This document shows, piece after piece, positions 1-12,965 of a stretch of DNA of 64,000 bases (positions within the stretch are counted from its first letter, which is position 1; each line of letters starts with the position of its first letter). Position numbers and translations under genes: made by a program. The notes under the pieces were generated by a model. The model worked only from the letters and a program-made list of their open reading frames with translations, was not told where the DNA came from and did not search any database. Source of the stretch: Leucoraja ocellata (taxonomy: Eukaryota); NCBI GenBank assembly GCA_036785375.1, contig JAWMAR010000127.1, forward strand, positions 1,736,001 to 1,800,000, written 5' to 3'.

Positions 1-1383
1 ATAGGAACGATCCTCTTCTCCCCAAAAAAACTGAATAACACAATATATAAGAAGAACCCAATTATATATGGTACAATAAGAATTTGGAAACAAATAAAAT
101 TATCTTTAAAATTAAGAAATCTATCACTGTTAATGCCAATAGCAAATAACCTTTTATTTAAACCATCTCTTATTGATAAGACATATAACCAATGGGAAAG
201 TCTCGGAATTAGAAGGATTGGGGATATGTACGAAATGGGAAACCTACTATCATTCCAACAATTACAATTAAAATTTAAATTGAAAAACAACCAATATTTT
301 AAATATCTTCAGATTTGCGATTTCATGAAAAAATATATACAAGGATAACAAAAAATAACCTCTGAAGTATTGGAAGAAGTAATGAATATTGAAGCTGACT
401 CACAAAAATTAATATCATATTTATATAATAGTATTCTAAATATAGACCTACCATCGACAGAGGTACTTAGAGAAGAGTGGGAACGGGAACCAATGATAAA
501 AATCACGAAGGTTACATGGGAAAAATACTTGATATATATTCACAAATGTTCAATTAATGTAAGACATAATCTAATTCAATTTAAAATTGTACATAGATTA
601 TATTATTCAAAAACAAGATTGAACAAATTTTATCCAAATATATCCGGCACTTGTGATAAATGTCTAGCCCAAAATGCAACTATAACACACTCCTTAGTTT
701 CTTGCATAAAACTTTATAGATTTTGGAATGATATTTTTGAAATATTCACAAAATTATTCAAGACAAGAATGTAACCTAATACTGAAATGATTATATTTGG
801 CGTAATGGAAGATGGGAATAAATTGAACACATTTCAAAATCTATTCTTTAACTATGGTTTAATAATAGCAAAAAAATTAATACTTAATTTTGGAAGGGTA
901 CATCAATACCAGTGCTTAAAATGTGGATTACAAGTATGTTGGACCGCTCATCTTGAGGAAATGCGATTCCTCCAAATGGATAAATCAGACCAATTCATAA
1001 CGAGTTGGTCTCCATTCGTCGTTTTTTTGGAATCATATGGTGCAACACAATTGTAAAGAACTGTTTCAGGACTGGACGAGGGTTGGTCAAGATTATAAAT
1101 AATGATCTCCTTTTTTTCTTTAATTGTATTTTATTTTTTCTATTTTCTCTTTCTCAACTTTCTTCATTTGCTCGTTTTCTTTCTTCACACACTATATATT
1201 TCACATCTTTCTATCCTTTACTATCTAACTTCTTTTTCTTATTCTAATCTTTTTTCAATGTAACAAAAAAAAAAAGAAGTTGTACATAAAATGTATTATG
1301 AAAATATATATTAGGCACTTTGGTGTCATATGACTGTACTTACTTCTAATAAAATAAAAAAAAATAAATAAAATAAAAATAAA
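1..1383 (+). mobile_element. L1-like LINE, 3' part of ORF2 plus 3' UTR and poly(A)
   Basis: Broken ORFs with QFKIVHRLYY and a CDKC...H...C zinc knuckle. AATAAA and A-rich tail at about 1348-1383. Confidence 0.85.
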
Positions 1384-1892
1384 GTATTAAACAGTTGCAA
1401 CAGTGAGTTGTTATTTGACAGTCATGTAAATAACAGGGTATTTTGCCATTGATGGAGAGTCTTTTTGCTATAGAATAGAAGTGGTTAAGGATAAAGATGG
1501 AGAAGATATGTCTACATTTACTGTAATCAAATTTGTGGGACAAAAGAAGAAATGTGAGGATGTTGCTTGGTTTGCACTTGAACCATTTACTTCCTGGACT
1601 GGCCGAGTAGGATTAACATCAAACTGTAGTAGTGACTGAGTGATGTCAATGACTGTTGAAGAATCGTATACTTGCTGCTGCCAGGAATAACCCAGCGGTA
1701 TAAATATTGATTTCTCTAATTTGAATTAACCTCTGCATTCCCTCTCTTTCCACCCCTCTCCCATCCTAGTCATCCAAACTGTTCCACTGTTTGTCTATCA
1801 CCTGTTGCACAGCCAACTATCGACCTTTGTGGGCTCCACCTTTCTTTGGTCATCGGTGTCAGCTCTTATTTGTTCTGAATATTTTCTTTTTC

Positions 1893-4800
1893 GTTTTTTC
1901 TTTTTTAATTTTATTAGAAGCAATTGTACAAAGATAAAACGTCCGGCATTTAGAATTATACAATTATTGTACAGCTTCATTTTTAACCTAAGTTGTGAAA
2001 TTGAAAAAAAGGGAAAAAGAGCAAGCAAGAAAAGAAGAAAGGAAAAAGCGAAAAGATAGAGTAGAGAAGAAAAATAAAAAGTCCCCTAAACTACCAAAGC
2101 AGTGAGATAGAGGAATAAGAAAAAAATGGAAATATACCTTGTCCCTGCCCCTCCCCCTCACCCCCACACCTCACCCAACATGGCATCGGATTTAAATTTA
2201 AATTTGTGTTTCACCATACTATTGTTGTAAAAATTCATTGAAGGGTGTCCATGTCTTAAGAAATTGATCTGGTTTTTCCGCCAAGGCAAGCCTAATGTTT
2301 TCCAAATGTAGTGTCTCGGACGTATCTGTAATCCACATCTTCACTGTAGGGACTGTTGTCTGTTTCCAAAATATGTATTAATGTTTTCACCGTTATTAGG
2401 CCATAGTTGAGAAAACGTCTTTGAAATATGGGTAACTTAGAACAGGCCTCTGACATACCTAATGTGATCAATTTTATATCGGGGTCCAATTTAGTTTTAA
2501 CAAATTTGGAAAAGATATCAAAAATTCCACTCCAGAAGTTGTGTAACTTTGTGCAGGAAGCAAAAGAGTGGGTTATAGTTGATTCTTGGAGACATTTATC
2601 ACAAATAGGAGAGACATTTGGGAAGATACTTGTTCAATTTAGACTTTGAATAATAAAGTCTTGCAGTATTTTAAATTGTACAAGGGAATGCCTAACATTA
2701 AGAGAACAGTAATGTATGTATACAAGGCTTTCCTCCCAACTATCCTTTGAAATTGATAAACCCAATTCATCTTCCCATGCTCGCCTAATTATTTCCGAAG
2801 ATGGGTTATGTGCAGTTAAAAGGGTATTGTAAATATAGGATATTAACTCACTTGTATCCGCCTTTCTATTCAAGCATTCGTCTAATATATCTGGGTCCAT
2901 AGAATGATATCTTGCGTGAGTGTTTTCACTTAGTCTCGGATTTGAAGATATCTAAAAAAATTACTGACTTTCAAATGATATTTCACCTGTAATTCTTGAA
3001 ACGAGAGGAAAATCCCCTTCTCATAAAGATCTCCTAATGTTTTAATTCCTAGATTAAATGTTTTAATTCCCATTGTGCAAACGCCTTATCTAAAGTAGAT
3101 GGTTTAAAGAAGGGATTGTTGGCGATTGGTAAGAGGAGAGAGAAATTTCTCAATTGAAGGGTTGATTTCAACTGTTTCCAAATTCGTACCGTGCTATGAA
3201 TTATCGGATTTTCTCATGCATTTAGATGTAGTGGAGAAAGAAGAATCGCGCCTATACTGAAAGACGAACAATCTTCCCACTCCATTTTTAACCAGTTTAC
3301 TTGTTGACATGTATCATCCATCCAGTAGATTACGTTTTCAATATTAGTTGCCCAGTAATAAAAAAGAAAATTGGGGAGAGCTAGTCCACCGATTTCTTTA
3401 GGTTTACATAAATGTCGTTTATGAATTCTGTGAGTTTTATAATCCCAGATAAAGTTTGTAATCACAGTCAAGTTTTTGAAAAAAGCTTTTAGGGAGGTAA
3501 AGCGGTATTGATTGAAATAGGTATAGGAGTTGTGGAAGGAAAATCATCTTTATGGCATTTACTCTACCTACAAGGGAAATCGGAAGTGTTTTCCAAAATT
3601 GAATAAGGGCATTTAATTTAGTAATTAATGGTGGAAAATTTGTTTGGAATAGAGAGGTATATTTTCTAGTCACGTAAACTCCAAGGTATTTAAATTTTTC
3701 AGTGGCAATTTTAGAAGGGAAATTTTAGGAGATGTGAAGGGTGTTGAGGTTTTATTGGCATAATTTCACTTTTATTCTAATTTATTCTATACCCTGAGAA
3801 GGAACCGAATTGTTCTCTGAGGTTTAATATATTTGGGATACTGACTTGAGAGTTGGTAATATATAAAAGTACTTTGTCTGCATATAACAAAATCTTATTA
3901 TTAGTATGTTTAGTGTTATAGCCATGAATGCCCGGATGAATTCTTATGGTTTCAGCTAAGGGTTCTATGGCAAGGGCAAATAACATAGGTGAGGAAGCAC
4001 ATCCTTGTCTATTGCCCCTGAATAACTGGAATTTAGGTGACAGAGTTTAATTAGTCAGTATTCTGGCAGTCGGATTGTTATATAACAACTTTATCCATGA
4101 AATAAACTTTTCTCCTAGTTGGAATTTTTGCAATACTGTAAAGAGATATTCCCATTCTACTTGGTCAAATGCTTTTTCTGCGTCTAAAGAAATAATAGAT
4201 AAGTCTTCATTTATCGGTCTGTGTGAATACATTATTTTAAACAAACGTCTCAAGTTATTAAACGAGTGTCCCTTAGGTGTAAACCCAGTTTGATCAGAGT
4301 GTATTAGTTTACTAATGTACGAGCTTAATCTTCTTGCCCGAGTTCTAGCTTTAATTTTCTGATCTGTATTTAGAAGAGCTATTGCTCTATATGATCCTGG
4401 CTCTTCAAGATCTTTATCTTTTTTGGGTATCAATGTAATGGTTGATTCTGCTAAAGTTTGTGGTGGCGCCTGTGCTTTGAATGCATGCATTTAAAGGGCT
4501 CGTAACTGCGAGGAAATTAATTCATGACTTTTTTTATAGAATTCATTATTGAACCCGTCTGGACCTGGCGTTTTGCCATTATTCAGTGATTTAATAGTCT
4601 CTTCAATTGATACAAATACATCTATAGATGCTCCTGAACACATCATCAATGATGTAACCTGGGGTCATTGGGTGTTTCGGGTCTTTCAACATCTGACGCC
4701 CTCAGTCAGGCGACTCAGCCGTGGTTGATCAGACCACGACTTGTGTTCAGGTGGCATTCGCTCCTCCCCATGGACCTCCTCTCCTGATCCAGAGCCATCT

Positions 4801-6060
4801 CGAGGCCTTCTCCGCTGCCTCTGTGGTGTTCTTGATGGCCCTTCTCCTCGCCACTCCGTTGATGGCCAGTGCACTCAAGGCTTTGTAGAGCGATTGCCCT
4901 GCTAAACCTCTGCAGCCAACCTCGATGGGCATACACCTTGCCTTCCAGCCCTGCTTGCAGCAGTCTATGACCAGCTCTTCATACTTGGCCATCTTCCTCT
5001 CGTGGGCCTCCTCCAGACAGTCCTCCCATGGCACTGTCAGTTCCAACAAGACAATGTTTTTGGTCGCCTCTGAGACCAGGAGGATATTTGGCCTCAGGGT
5101 GGTCGTGGCAATGTGCTATGGGAACTTCAGCTGTTTCACCAGGTCTACAGAAAGCTGCCAGTCCTGCGCAGTCACCAGGATTCCTGACGGATTCCTGGCT
5201 GTTGTGGTTCTTGGCAGCTGCACTCCAGCCTTCACGAAGGTTATCATCTGGGTGGTGGGGCGTGCTCGTCTGCAGCATCTGATTCCCATGCTGATGGCTT
5301 CTGCAATGGGTTTAAGAACCTGATCGTGACGCCAGGTGTACCGGCCCTGCCCAAGAGCCTTTGGGCAGCAGCTCAGGATGTGTTCCAATGTCCCCTTGCC
5401 TGAGCATTGTGGGCAATCCGGAGATTCCGCTTTGCCCCAGATGAAGAGGTTCGATGGGCTGGGCAGGACATTATACACTGCCTGGACCAGGAACTTGATG
5501 CGCTGTGGTTCAGAAGGTTGCAATTGTCAAGGAAGCTTTTAATCTGTATGGTTTCGGCTGAAGTTTTAGATGCGTATACATTTTGATAGAATTCTTTCAT
5601 TGATATCTTTAGGGAGTGTAAGCAGCTCACCTTTTTCTGATCTGATTTTTTCAATGGTGTGATCTTTTCCCATTTTTCTCAGCTGGCGTGCCAGAGGTTT
5701 ATGGGGTTTATCACCAAATTTGAAATTTTTTTTGCCTAGTATATTGAAATAACAACAACGTTTGCAGAGAGAATTTGATTTAACTTGAATTTTAATGCTG
5801 CTATCTTATTGTGTTTAACAGTCGATGGCATTTTCTAAATCAAGCTGTTTAATCTGTTTTTCTAATTCCAGTTGTTCCGACCTGTTTTTATTTATTTGGA
5901 TAAGCTTGATATGAAATAATAGAACCTCTAATAAAGGCCTTAATAGATTTCCATAATAAAGAGGCTGAAATACCAGGTGTGTCGTTTGTCTCATAAAATA
6001 ATTCCATCTGTTGCTTCAGATAATCACAACAACCTGGGTCAGTTAATATTTTGTTCTGAA
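1893..6060 (-). mobile_element. L1-like LINE, degenerate ORF2, interrupted at about 4610-5515
   Basis: RT motifs KTPGPDG, YRAIALLNTDQKI, SLDAEKAFD, RQGC and LYAD. Same 3' end (CTTCTAATAAAA) as the first copy, arranged tail-to-tail with it. Confidence 0.88.
4610..5515 (-). mobile_element. 5'-truncated Hero-like (R2 superfamily, RLE endonuclease) non-LTR element
   Basis: CPQC..HILSCC knuckle, RYTWRHDQVL, RP(N)IL...LELTVPWE..K.AKY, IEVGCRG, then stop at 4747 and a short 3' UTR. Confidence 0.8.
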
Positions 6061-6074
6061 TATTTTCATACCTC

Positions 6075-6375
6075 TAGTTTCCCTCTCCCCTGACTCTAAG
6101 TCTGAAGAAGGGTTTTGACCTGAGACGTCACCAATTTATTTTCTGCCTGACTTGTGTCTTCTCTTTGGTGTAAACCAGCACCTGCAGTTCCTTCCTACAC
6201 AATAACTGGATGAGACTGGGGTCGTTTTACATATTTACTATTTGTGAGAAAGAACTGCAGATGCTGGTTTAAATCGAAGGTAGACACAAAATGCTGGAGT
6301 AACTCAGCAGGACAGGCAGTTTCTCTATAGAAAAGGAATGGGTGACGTTTCGGGTTGCGACCCTTCTTCAGACTG
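6075..6375. repeat. Inverted pair of Penelope-terminus-derived short repeats; hammerhead motif at 6341-6374 (-)
   Basis: The two arms are reverse complements. Minus strand reads CTGAAGA-A-GGGT..ACCC-GAAAC-GTC. Confidence 0.7.
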
Positions 6376-6679
6376 GCTATTTACTACGTTTGCTCCTGTT
6401 GTTAATTGTATAATAAAACAATTTTCTTGAATATATTGATTAAATCAGAACCATATTGTAATGACCCAGTATTTTGGAGCAGCCACTTGGAACTCTACCC
6501 TTGTGAGGAACAATCCATTCAGGATAAGGAATGGAAGAAAATAGAAGGGATAAGTTGGAAGAAAATTGGCATCAATAAACTGATAAAATAACTCAAAGCA
6601 GAGCACTTTTTCCAGTTTTGGGTTAGTGGGAAATGGAAGACAAATAAATAAATCACTTCATTAAAACAATGTCCCAAAC

Positions 6680-6895
6680 CAGGGGTTCCCAACCTTTTTC
6701 GTCCCGTTTACTCCTGACAACTTTAATAGCACATAACAATGTTATTTCACTTATTAATGAACAACTAATGATGAACAGATACTGTTATACCAGAACCAAA
6801 CACAGTCAGTCAATGAGAAAACATATAGTACAAATCCAGAATCAACAAATTTTCCCCCCGAGTAGGTGAAATTTACCTCAGGTTGGGAACCCTTG
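6680..6895. mobile_element. hAT (Charlie-like) MITE
   Basis: TIRs CAGGGGTTCCCAACC / GGTTGGGAACCCTTG. Imperfect 8-bp TSD TCCCAAAC/TTCTAAAC. Confidence 0.75.
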
Positions 6896-7019
6896 TTCTA
6901 AACAAACTGATGATCCTTGTTGCAGTTTTAACTACTCCTGTATTGCCTGGCGAATTGAATTTCTACAGCACTTTGTATTTTGATTGTAGAAAATGGGCAA
7001 CTAAATTTAACTCTGACAA

Positions 7020-7740
7020 GTACAAAGTGACAGATTTTGGGAGGGTAAACTAGATTGGGACATGTCATGAATGGTGGAACCCTGAGGAGTGCTGTTGAAC
7101 AGAGGAACATTTGGGTGCAATTACACATTTCCATGAAAGTGGTTACATTGATACAGGTAGACAACAGGGTGGTGATAAGGTCTTATGATAGGCTTAGCTT
7201 CATCAGTCAGGGTATTGGGTACAAGAGTTGGATGTGATGTTACAGGTGGAAGATGTTAATGAGACTGCATTTGTAGTATCATGTGCAGTTCTTTTTGCCA
7301 TTTTATAAGAAGAATGTCATTAAGTTAGGAAGCATACAGAAAAGATTCACAAGTCTCTTTCTGGGACTGATGGGCTACAGTTAATAGAAAACGCTAGAAA
7401 TGTTTAAACTGTTTTCCCCTGGAGTGCTAAATGGTGTCCTTACATTGGTTTATAAAATCATTGTGGATATATATGGGGTTTCTTTTTTCCAGGGCAGGGG
7501 GAATCAAAAACTAGATGGTATGTGTTTAGATTTAAAAGGGATTAGCATGCTTTTCATACAATGGTGGTGGGTATATGATAGATAAAACAAACACATTTGA
7601 ACAGGTATAGGGATAAGAAAAGTTGAGAGAGATATGGGCCAATTGCAGGCAAATGGGATGAGGAGGCTAGCTCAGGTAGGCATCTCCATTAGCACTGAGT
7701 TGGGTCAAAGGGCTTACGTCCTTGCTGTGTAACAATATGA
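7020..7740 (+). mobile_element. Old degenerate CR1 LINE 3' fragment
   Basis: Decayed similarity to the CR1 ORF2 C-terminus and 3' UTR of the younger copies in the window. Confidence 0.65.
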
Positions 7741-7934
7741 TTATCCAGTACGCAAACAGAGGATTACAACAATGCCATAAAGTTTAGAAAGTCATTAATT
7801 ACTGAAATTTCTTGACAAGTCATATCTAAATTATCTATGTTGCTTTCTTAATTTTATAAAATAATTGTACATTAACCTATTTTGTTCCATACTTAGGCAA
7901 CAAAAGTGGGAAACAAATGTTTTACTGTTTCAAC

Positions 7935-8655
7935 AGCAACAGTCTGTCTCACCAACAGTTTGTCTTGTCCCTTCCTTCTTTGTTGTTTTTTAATCTGGGT
8001 TAAACGTATGTTTTACTGTCCTTAAGCTTGTTTTATGTGGGGGGTGGGAGATGGGGGTGTTGGGGGAAACTTTTGTTTAAATGACTTACCTCGACGGAGA
8101 TGCGATTTTTTCATCGTATCGTATCTCTGTCCGCACTGCAGCCTAAAATCGTGGAGCTGGCGGCCTCCGCTGGGGACCGACTTCGGGAGCTCCAGCTGCG
8201 GGAGCCTGCGGAGTTAACATCGTGGAGCTGTGGATCCCTGTCGGGGATCTACCTTGGAACTCTAACCACTGGAGCCTGCGGACTTTAACACCGTGGAGCT
8301 TGCGGTCCCTGGTTAAGGACCGACTTCGGGAGCTCTGACGAAGGAGCTACGACCGCCCCGACGCGGGAGCTTCGACCACCCCGATGAGGGAGCTTCGATC
8401 GCCGGATGCAGGAGCTTCAATCGCCCCGACTGCGGATGGTTCAACTGCCCCGACCGCGGGAGAACAATGAAGAAAATTAGACTTTATTGCCTTCCATCAT
8501 GGTGAGGAATGTGGGGAATCCGCTGTGGTGGATATTTACGTTAACTTTTATGTAGTTGTGTGTTTTGCTGCTTTTTTTTGTATGGCTGTATGTTAATTTG
8601 TTTACTGTACCTTAATTGGTACACGTGACAATAAACTGACCTTTGAACCTTTAAG
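7935..8655 (+). repeat. GC-rich interspersed repeat with internal ~23-bp tandem units and a LINE-like 3' tail
   Basis: Units like GGGAGCTTCGACCGCCCCGAC at 8340-8460. The tail ...GGTACACGTGACAATAAACT recurs at about 18520 and 60980. Confidence 0.6.
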
Positions 8656-8910
8656 TATCAGAGACATGATCACTGTAATCCTGAGCAAAATACTGCTGGA
8701 GAAACTCAGCAGGTTAGGCAGCATTTGTGGAGCAAAATGAAATAGAACATATTGTATCAGGACTCTTCCAGCTCTCTCCCCTCTCAATTCCATCAGTCTG
8801 AACAAGTGTCTCAACCCAGAATATTGTCAATTCATTTCCCTTCACATTTGCTTCTTGACCTACTGACCTTCTCCAGCATTTTGTTTTTTTTTGCACAACA
8901 TAAAACTTAC

Positions 8911-9029
8911 CAGATGCAATCAACTGTGGCCAGCAAAAGTTTGTTGTGGCCCATGCCACTGTAGAATTTATTTGGATCAATCATTAGAAATTTTATGAGA
9001 ACTTCCACTCCATAAGTACCAAACAGTTC
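8911..9029 (-). CDS. CFAP69: CFAP69 exon 15 (ELFGTYGVEV...SGMGHNKLLLATVDCIW); remaining exons outside window
   Basis: ttattag acceptor, gtaagt donor, 119 nt. Matches human EIFGTEGV...SGLGYNVLL. Confidence 0.94.
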
Positions 9030-9259
9030 CTAATAAATTATTAAATAAATAATTGGTATTACTTTGCATTAAATAGCAATCAAACCGCACATCCTTTAAG
9101 TCTTATGTGAAAAACTGTAAATCTGTCAGCAATTCAGCTTTACAGATTTTATGATCCTTTGACAGATCTGGAGGTGTGTACCAAGGGCACTTTTATGCTG
9201 CAATTTCAGCATAACATAGTTTAAGTAGAAAGCAGTGACAATTTGGGATAGTGTTCATC

Positions 9260-9890
9260 AAAATTCCTTTATCAGGCTAGGTTTTGCTTCCAGATTCTAC
9301 TGCGTTAATAGTGCAAAGAGCTTTTCTTTCACCAGCCTCTGCATCCAGCATGTCATTCTTTGCCACTTCCACAAGCTCAACATGATCCCACCATATTTTC
9401 CCCTGCCTTCCCCACTCTGTTACCTTTTCTGCTTTGCACTCTCTCCATGACCCCCTGATTCCTACGAGCACGTCTTAAGCCAGAAACTCTACGACCCTGA
9501 TTCCCCCCAGTCCCCTGCAAATTTAATCCCTTCGCCTCCCTTGCCACCATCCAGGAAGCTAACAGACCTTCAGGTAGGCAGAAAATCAAGTGCACATCCT
9601 ACAACCTGGTCTACTAAATGTATTACTTGCAATGAGGCCTCCATATTGGCAAGATAAAGCTTAGACTTGTGGACAAGTGTTTTGTAACACACCTGTCCAC
9701 ATTGTCCATCTTGTGTTTCCATTTTGCATGCTATTTCAACTATCTTCTCATTATCACACCAACTTATCTGAGCATTGCCTTCTCCACTGCCATGTCAATG
9801 CCAAACATAAACTAGAGGAACAGCACCCAATATTCCACTTTGGTAGCCTAGAGCCTATGGTATGAATATTGCATTTTCTGTAATTATATT
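9260..9890 (+). mobile_element. Degenerate Penelope-like fragment (GIY-YIG region)
   Basis: KHKLEEQHPIFHFGSLEP resembles the C-terminus of the Penelope copy at 49950-50160. Confidence 0.55.
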
Positions 9891-11984
9891 TCCTAATTAG
9901 GGATAATTTTAAAAACTACCCCAGTGTAGAGATGCAAAATCTTGAGATTCAGGAACAGCTTCTTCCCTGTTAATCAGACTTCTGAACAGTCGGCCGACAT
10001 GTCAGGGTGTGGTCATAGCCTTCCAACCTACCTCAATGTAGATCTAGCACTTATTGTATAACTGCACTTTCTCTGTTACTAGAAAGCTCAAATGCTGTAA
10101 CACTACATTCTGCAGTCTGGTATTTTCCTCATTGCCCTGGACATGTTGTACTTGTGTATGGCTTGATTGTACTCATATATCATCTGATTTGAATGTATAA
10201 AAATAAACTTTTCATTGTGTATCCATACACATCACTACATAAACCAATACTAACACCAACTATAACAATGGGGTTGGTGAGATATGAAGGTGGGCAAATT
10301 ATGGAATTTAACATAAATAGAAAGCAACCTCTTCAAAGGAAAACAAAAGTAATAATAAATAATACTCAATTGATGTTCACTAAACATTTTAACAAAATGT
10401 TATGCATAGGAAGGAACTGCAGATGCTGGTTTAAACCAAAGATAGACACAAAAAGCTGGAGTAACTTAGAGGGACAGGCAACATCTCTGGAGAAAAGGAA
10501 TGGGTGATGTTTCAGGTCGAGACTTTTCTTTAGATGAGATATAAGGATATTATGCAGTTCCAATAACTATCACCTAGCACTGGAATATTCAGGGATCGGA
10601 TCAATATGCTGCTTGGAGTGATGCTAGTTTGGCCTGGATCTGTTTCTTCGCGAGTGGGGTCTGCTAGACTTCAAATTTGCTGAATCCTTAAATTGTGAGG
10701 GAGGAGGGTATGTACACTTTTAAAAGGCAGCCTTGTGACTGAATGCTCATAAAGTCTTGGAGACACAAGAGGCTATGGACACTGAAGAGTGCATTCCTCC
10801 AGAGCCATCTCCATTGCTGTCTGGTGAATTATGTTTGCCATGAGGTGGGTTGTATTTGACATTATATATCAATAGTTAGTGCGTGACCAGAGCAAAGATC
10901 AAGGTCAGATTTTGATCAGAATCGATAAAGACCAGCCTGAAGAAGGGTCATCTGTCCATTTTCCTCCACAGATGCTGCCTGACTTACTGTGTTCCTCTGA
11001 CAGCTTGTGTTTTGCTTATAAAGCCCAACTGGTTCTCAAAATGGAACTGTGCTCTCGCTAGGACTATCTACTTGGTAGCTGGCATGCTTAACTGCTTGGA
11101 ACCTGCTCAAAAATCTACCAAACCATGTCAGGCTGTAAATTACAGTAGATCATGTTGCGATATATTCTTACTGCATTATCATGAAAGTAATGCCTATATC
11201 CTATGCCAGCTGATAATTTCAGTGCCTTCATTCCATTGTCTCTATGCTTACTACCATGGTCTTTATGTTACTCAATGGAATCCAACAGCACACTATTGTC
11301 TCAATTCCAATACAAAAACAAAAAAACCACAGAAACAATAACCTGTCAACACAACATTAACAACAGATATTATTTATGTTTACCCATTATGATTGCATTG
11401 CGCAGTACACTGAGTTTCCAATATTCACAAGAGATATAAGCACAGACATCCCAAAGCCAAAAGAAATATGGGGATATAATTAAAGCTGTTGGCAATTACA
11501 CCAAGGCTGCAATGACATACAGGATTAACCTCTCTAACATTATAATGTCCATGTAGGTTTCAATTTGTTATGCCTTTACTTACATTCCTAAAATCCAATC
11601 TCCTTATTCCTGACCTCGGTTCTGGCCACTATTGTTATTTCTCTACTTACACAATGTCAAATACAACCCATCTCATGGCAAACAAAATTCAGCAGTCACA
11701 AGAGCAGATGGCTCTGGAGGAATGCATTACATTTACTGACCCTCCTGATAATACTCTGGTAAGCATGCTGATCTGCAGACAGTATATCAGTGAATAATGA
11801 GAACTTGGTATAAACTGGGATGACACATAATATACAAAGTAAAAAATAAAAACGTAGAAACTTCTCATACACAAACATATGATTTTGGGTACACAGTACA
11901 CATGGTGACAGTTTTTGAATATTCTGGGAATAATAGGCTGCTAAAAACATTATAACTGAACAACATTATTTAATAGTTACTTAC

Positions 11985-12100
11985 CTTTCTATGAATATCA
12001 TTTTCACAGATGCAGGACAAGATGATGAGGATGTCAGTTTGCATGTGCAAATTAATTTCACTGTCTTCCTCCAAGCTGCCTGCCATGTTTATCAGGATAT
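11985..12100 (-). CDS. CFAP69: CFAP69 exon 14 (ILINMAG...QTDILIILSCICENDIHRK)
   Basis: tttaatag acceptor, gtaagt donor, 116 nt. Matches human QSDILLILSGLCENHIQRK. Confidence 0.94.
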
Positions 12101-12164
12101 CTATTAAAAATTTATGAAAAATCATATGTCACAAAAATATGATGTTCTTTGAAAACCATATGTA

Positions 12165-12965
12165 GAAACATAGAAAATAGGTGCAGGAGTAGGCCATTCG
12201 GCCCTTCGAGCCTGCACCGCCATTCAATATGATCATGGCTGATAATCCAACTCAGTATCCTGTACCTGCCTTCTCTCCATACCCCCTGATCCCTTTAGCC
12301 ACAAGGGCCACATCTAACTCCCTCTTAAATATAGCCAATGAACTGTCCTCAACTACCTTCTGTGGCAGAGAATTCCAGAGATTCACCACTCTCTGTGTGA
12401 AAAATGTTTTTCTCATCTCGGTCCTAAAAGATTTCTCCCTTATCCAGTGGAAGTGGTGGAGGCAGGTTCATTGGTATCATTTAAAAATAAATTGGATAGG
12501 CATATGGATGAGATGGGAATGGAGGGTTATGGTATGAGTGCAGGCAGGTGGGACTAAGGGGAAAAAAAGTTGTTCGGCACGGACTTGTAGGGCCGAGATG
12601 GCCTGTTTCCGTGCTGTAATTGTTATATGGTTATATGGTTATATCCTTAAACTGTGACCCCTTGTTCTGGACTTCCCCAACATCGGGAACAATCTTCCTG
12701 CATCTAGCCTGTCCAACCCCTTAAGAATTTTGTAAGTTTCTATAAGATCCCCCCTCAATCGTCTAAATTCTAGCCGAGTCTATCCAGTCTTTCTTCATAT
12801 GAAAGTCCTGCCATCCCAGGAATCAGTCTGGTGAACCTTCTCTGTACTCCCTCTACGGCAAGAATGTCTTTCCTCAGATTAGGAGACCAAAACTGTACAC
12901 AATACTCCAGGTGTGTTCTCACCAAGACCCTGTACAACAGCAGTAGAACCTCACTGCTCCTATAT
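12165..12965 (-). mobile_element. Young CR1 LINE 3' fragment with a nested opposite-strand CR1 3' end (12446-12641)
   Basis: Near-identical to 52501-53100, with an octamer-type tail. The nested piece is flanked by a TATCC duplication. Confidence 0.9.

Noticed and set aside
8340-8460. Regularly spaced ~23-bp repeats resembling a CRISPR array
   Set aside because: No unique spacers, no cas genes and a eukaryotic context; this is a minisatellite.
1-8900. Searched for the next CFAP69 exon (CCILGC...EGIFLLLDLL-like)
   Set aside because: Not found; presumably beyond the left edge of the window.
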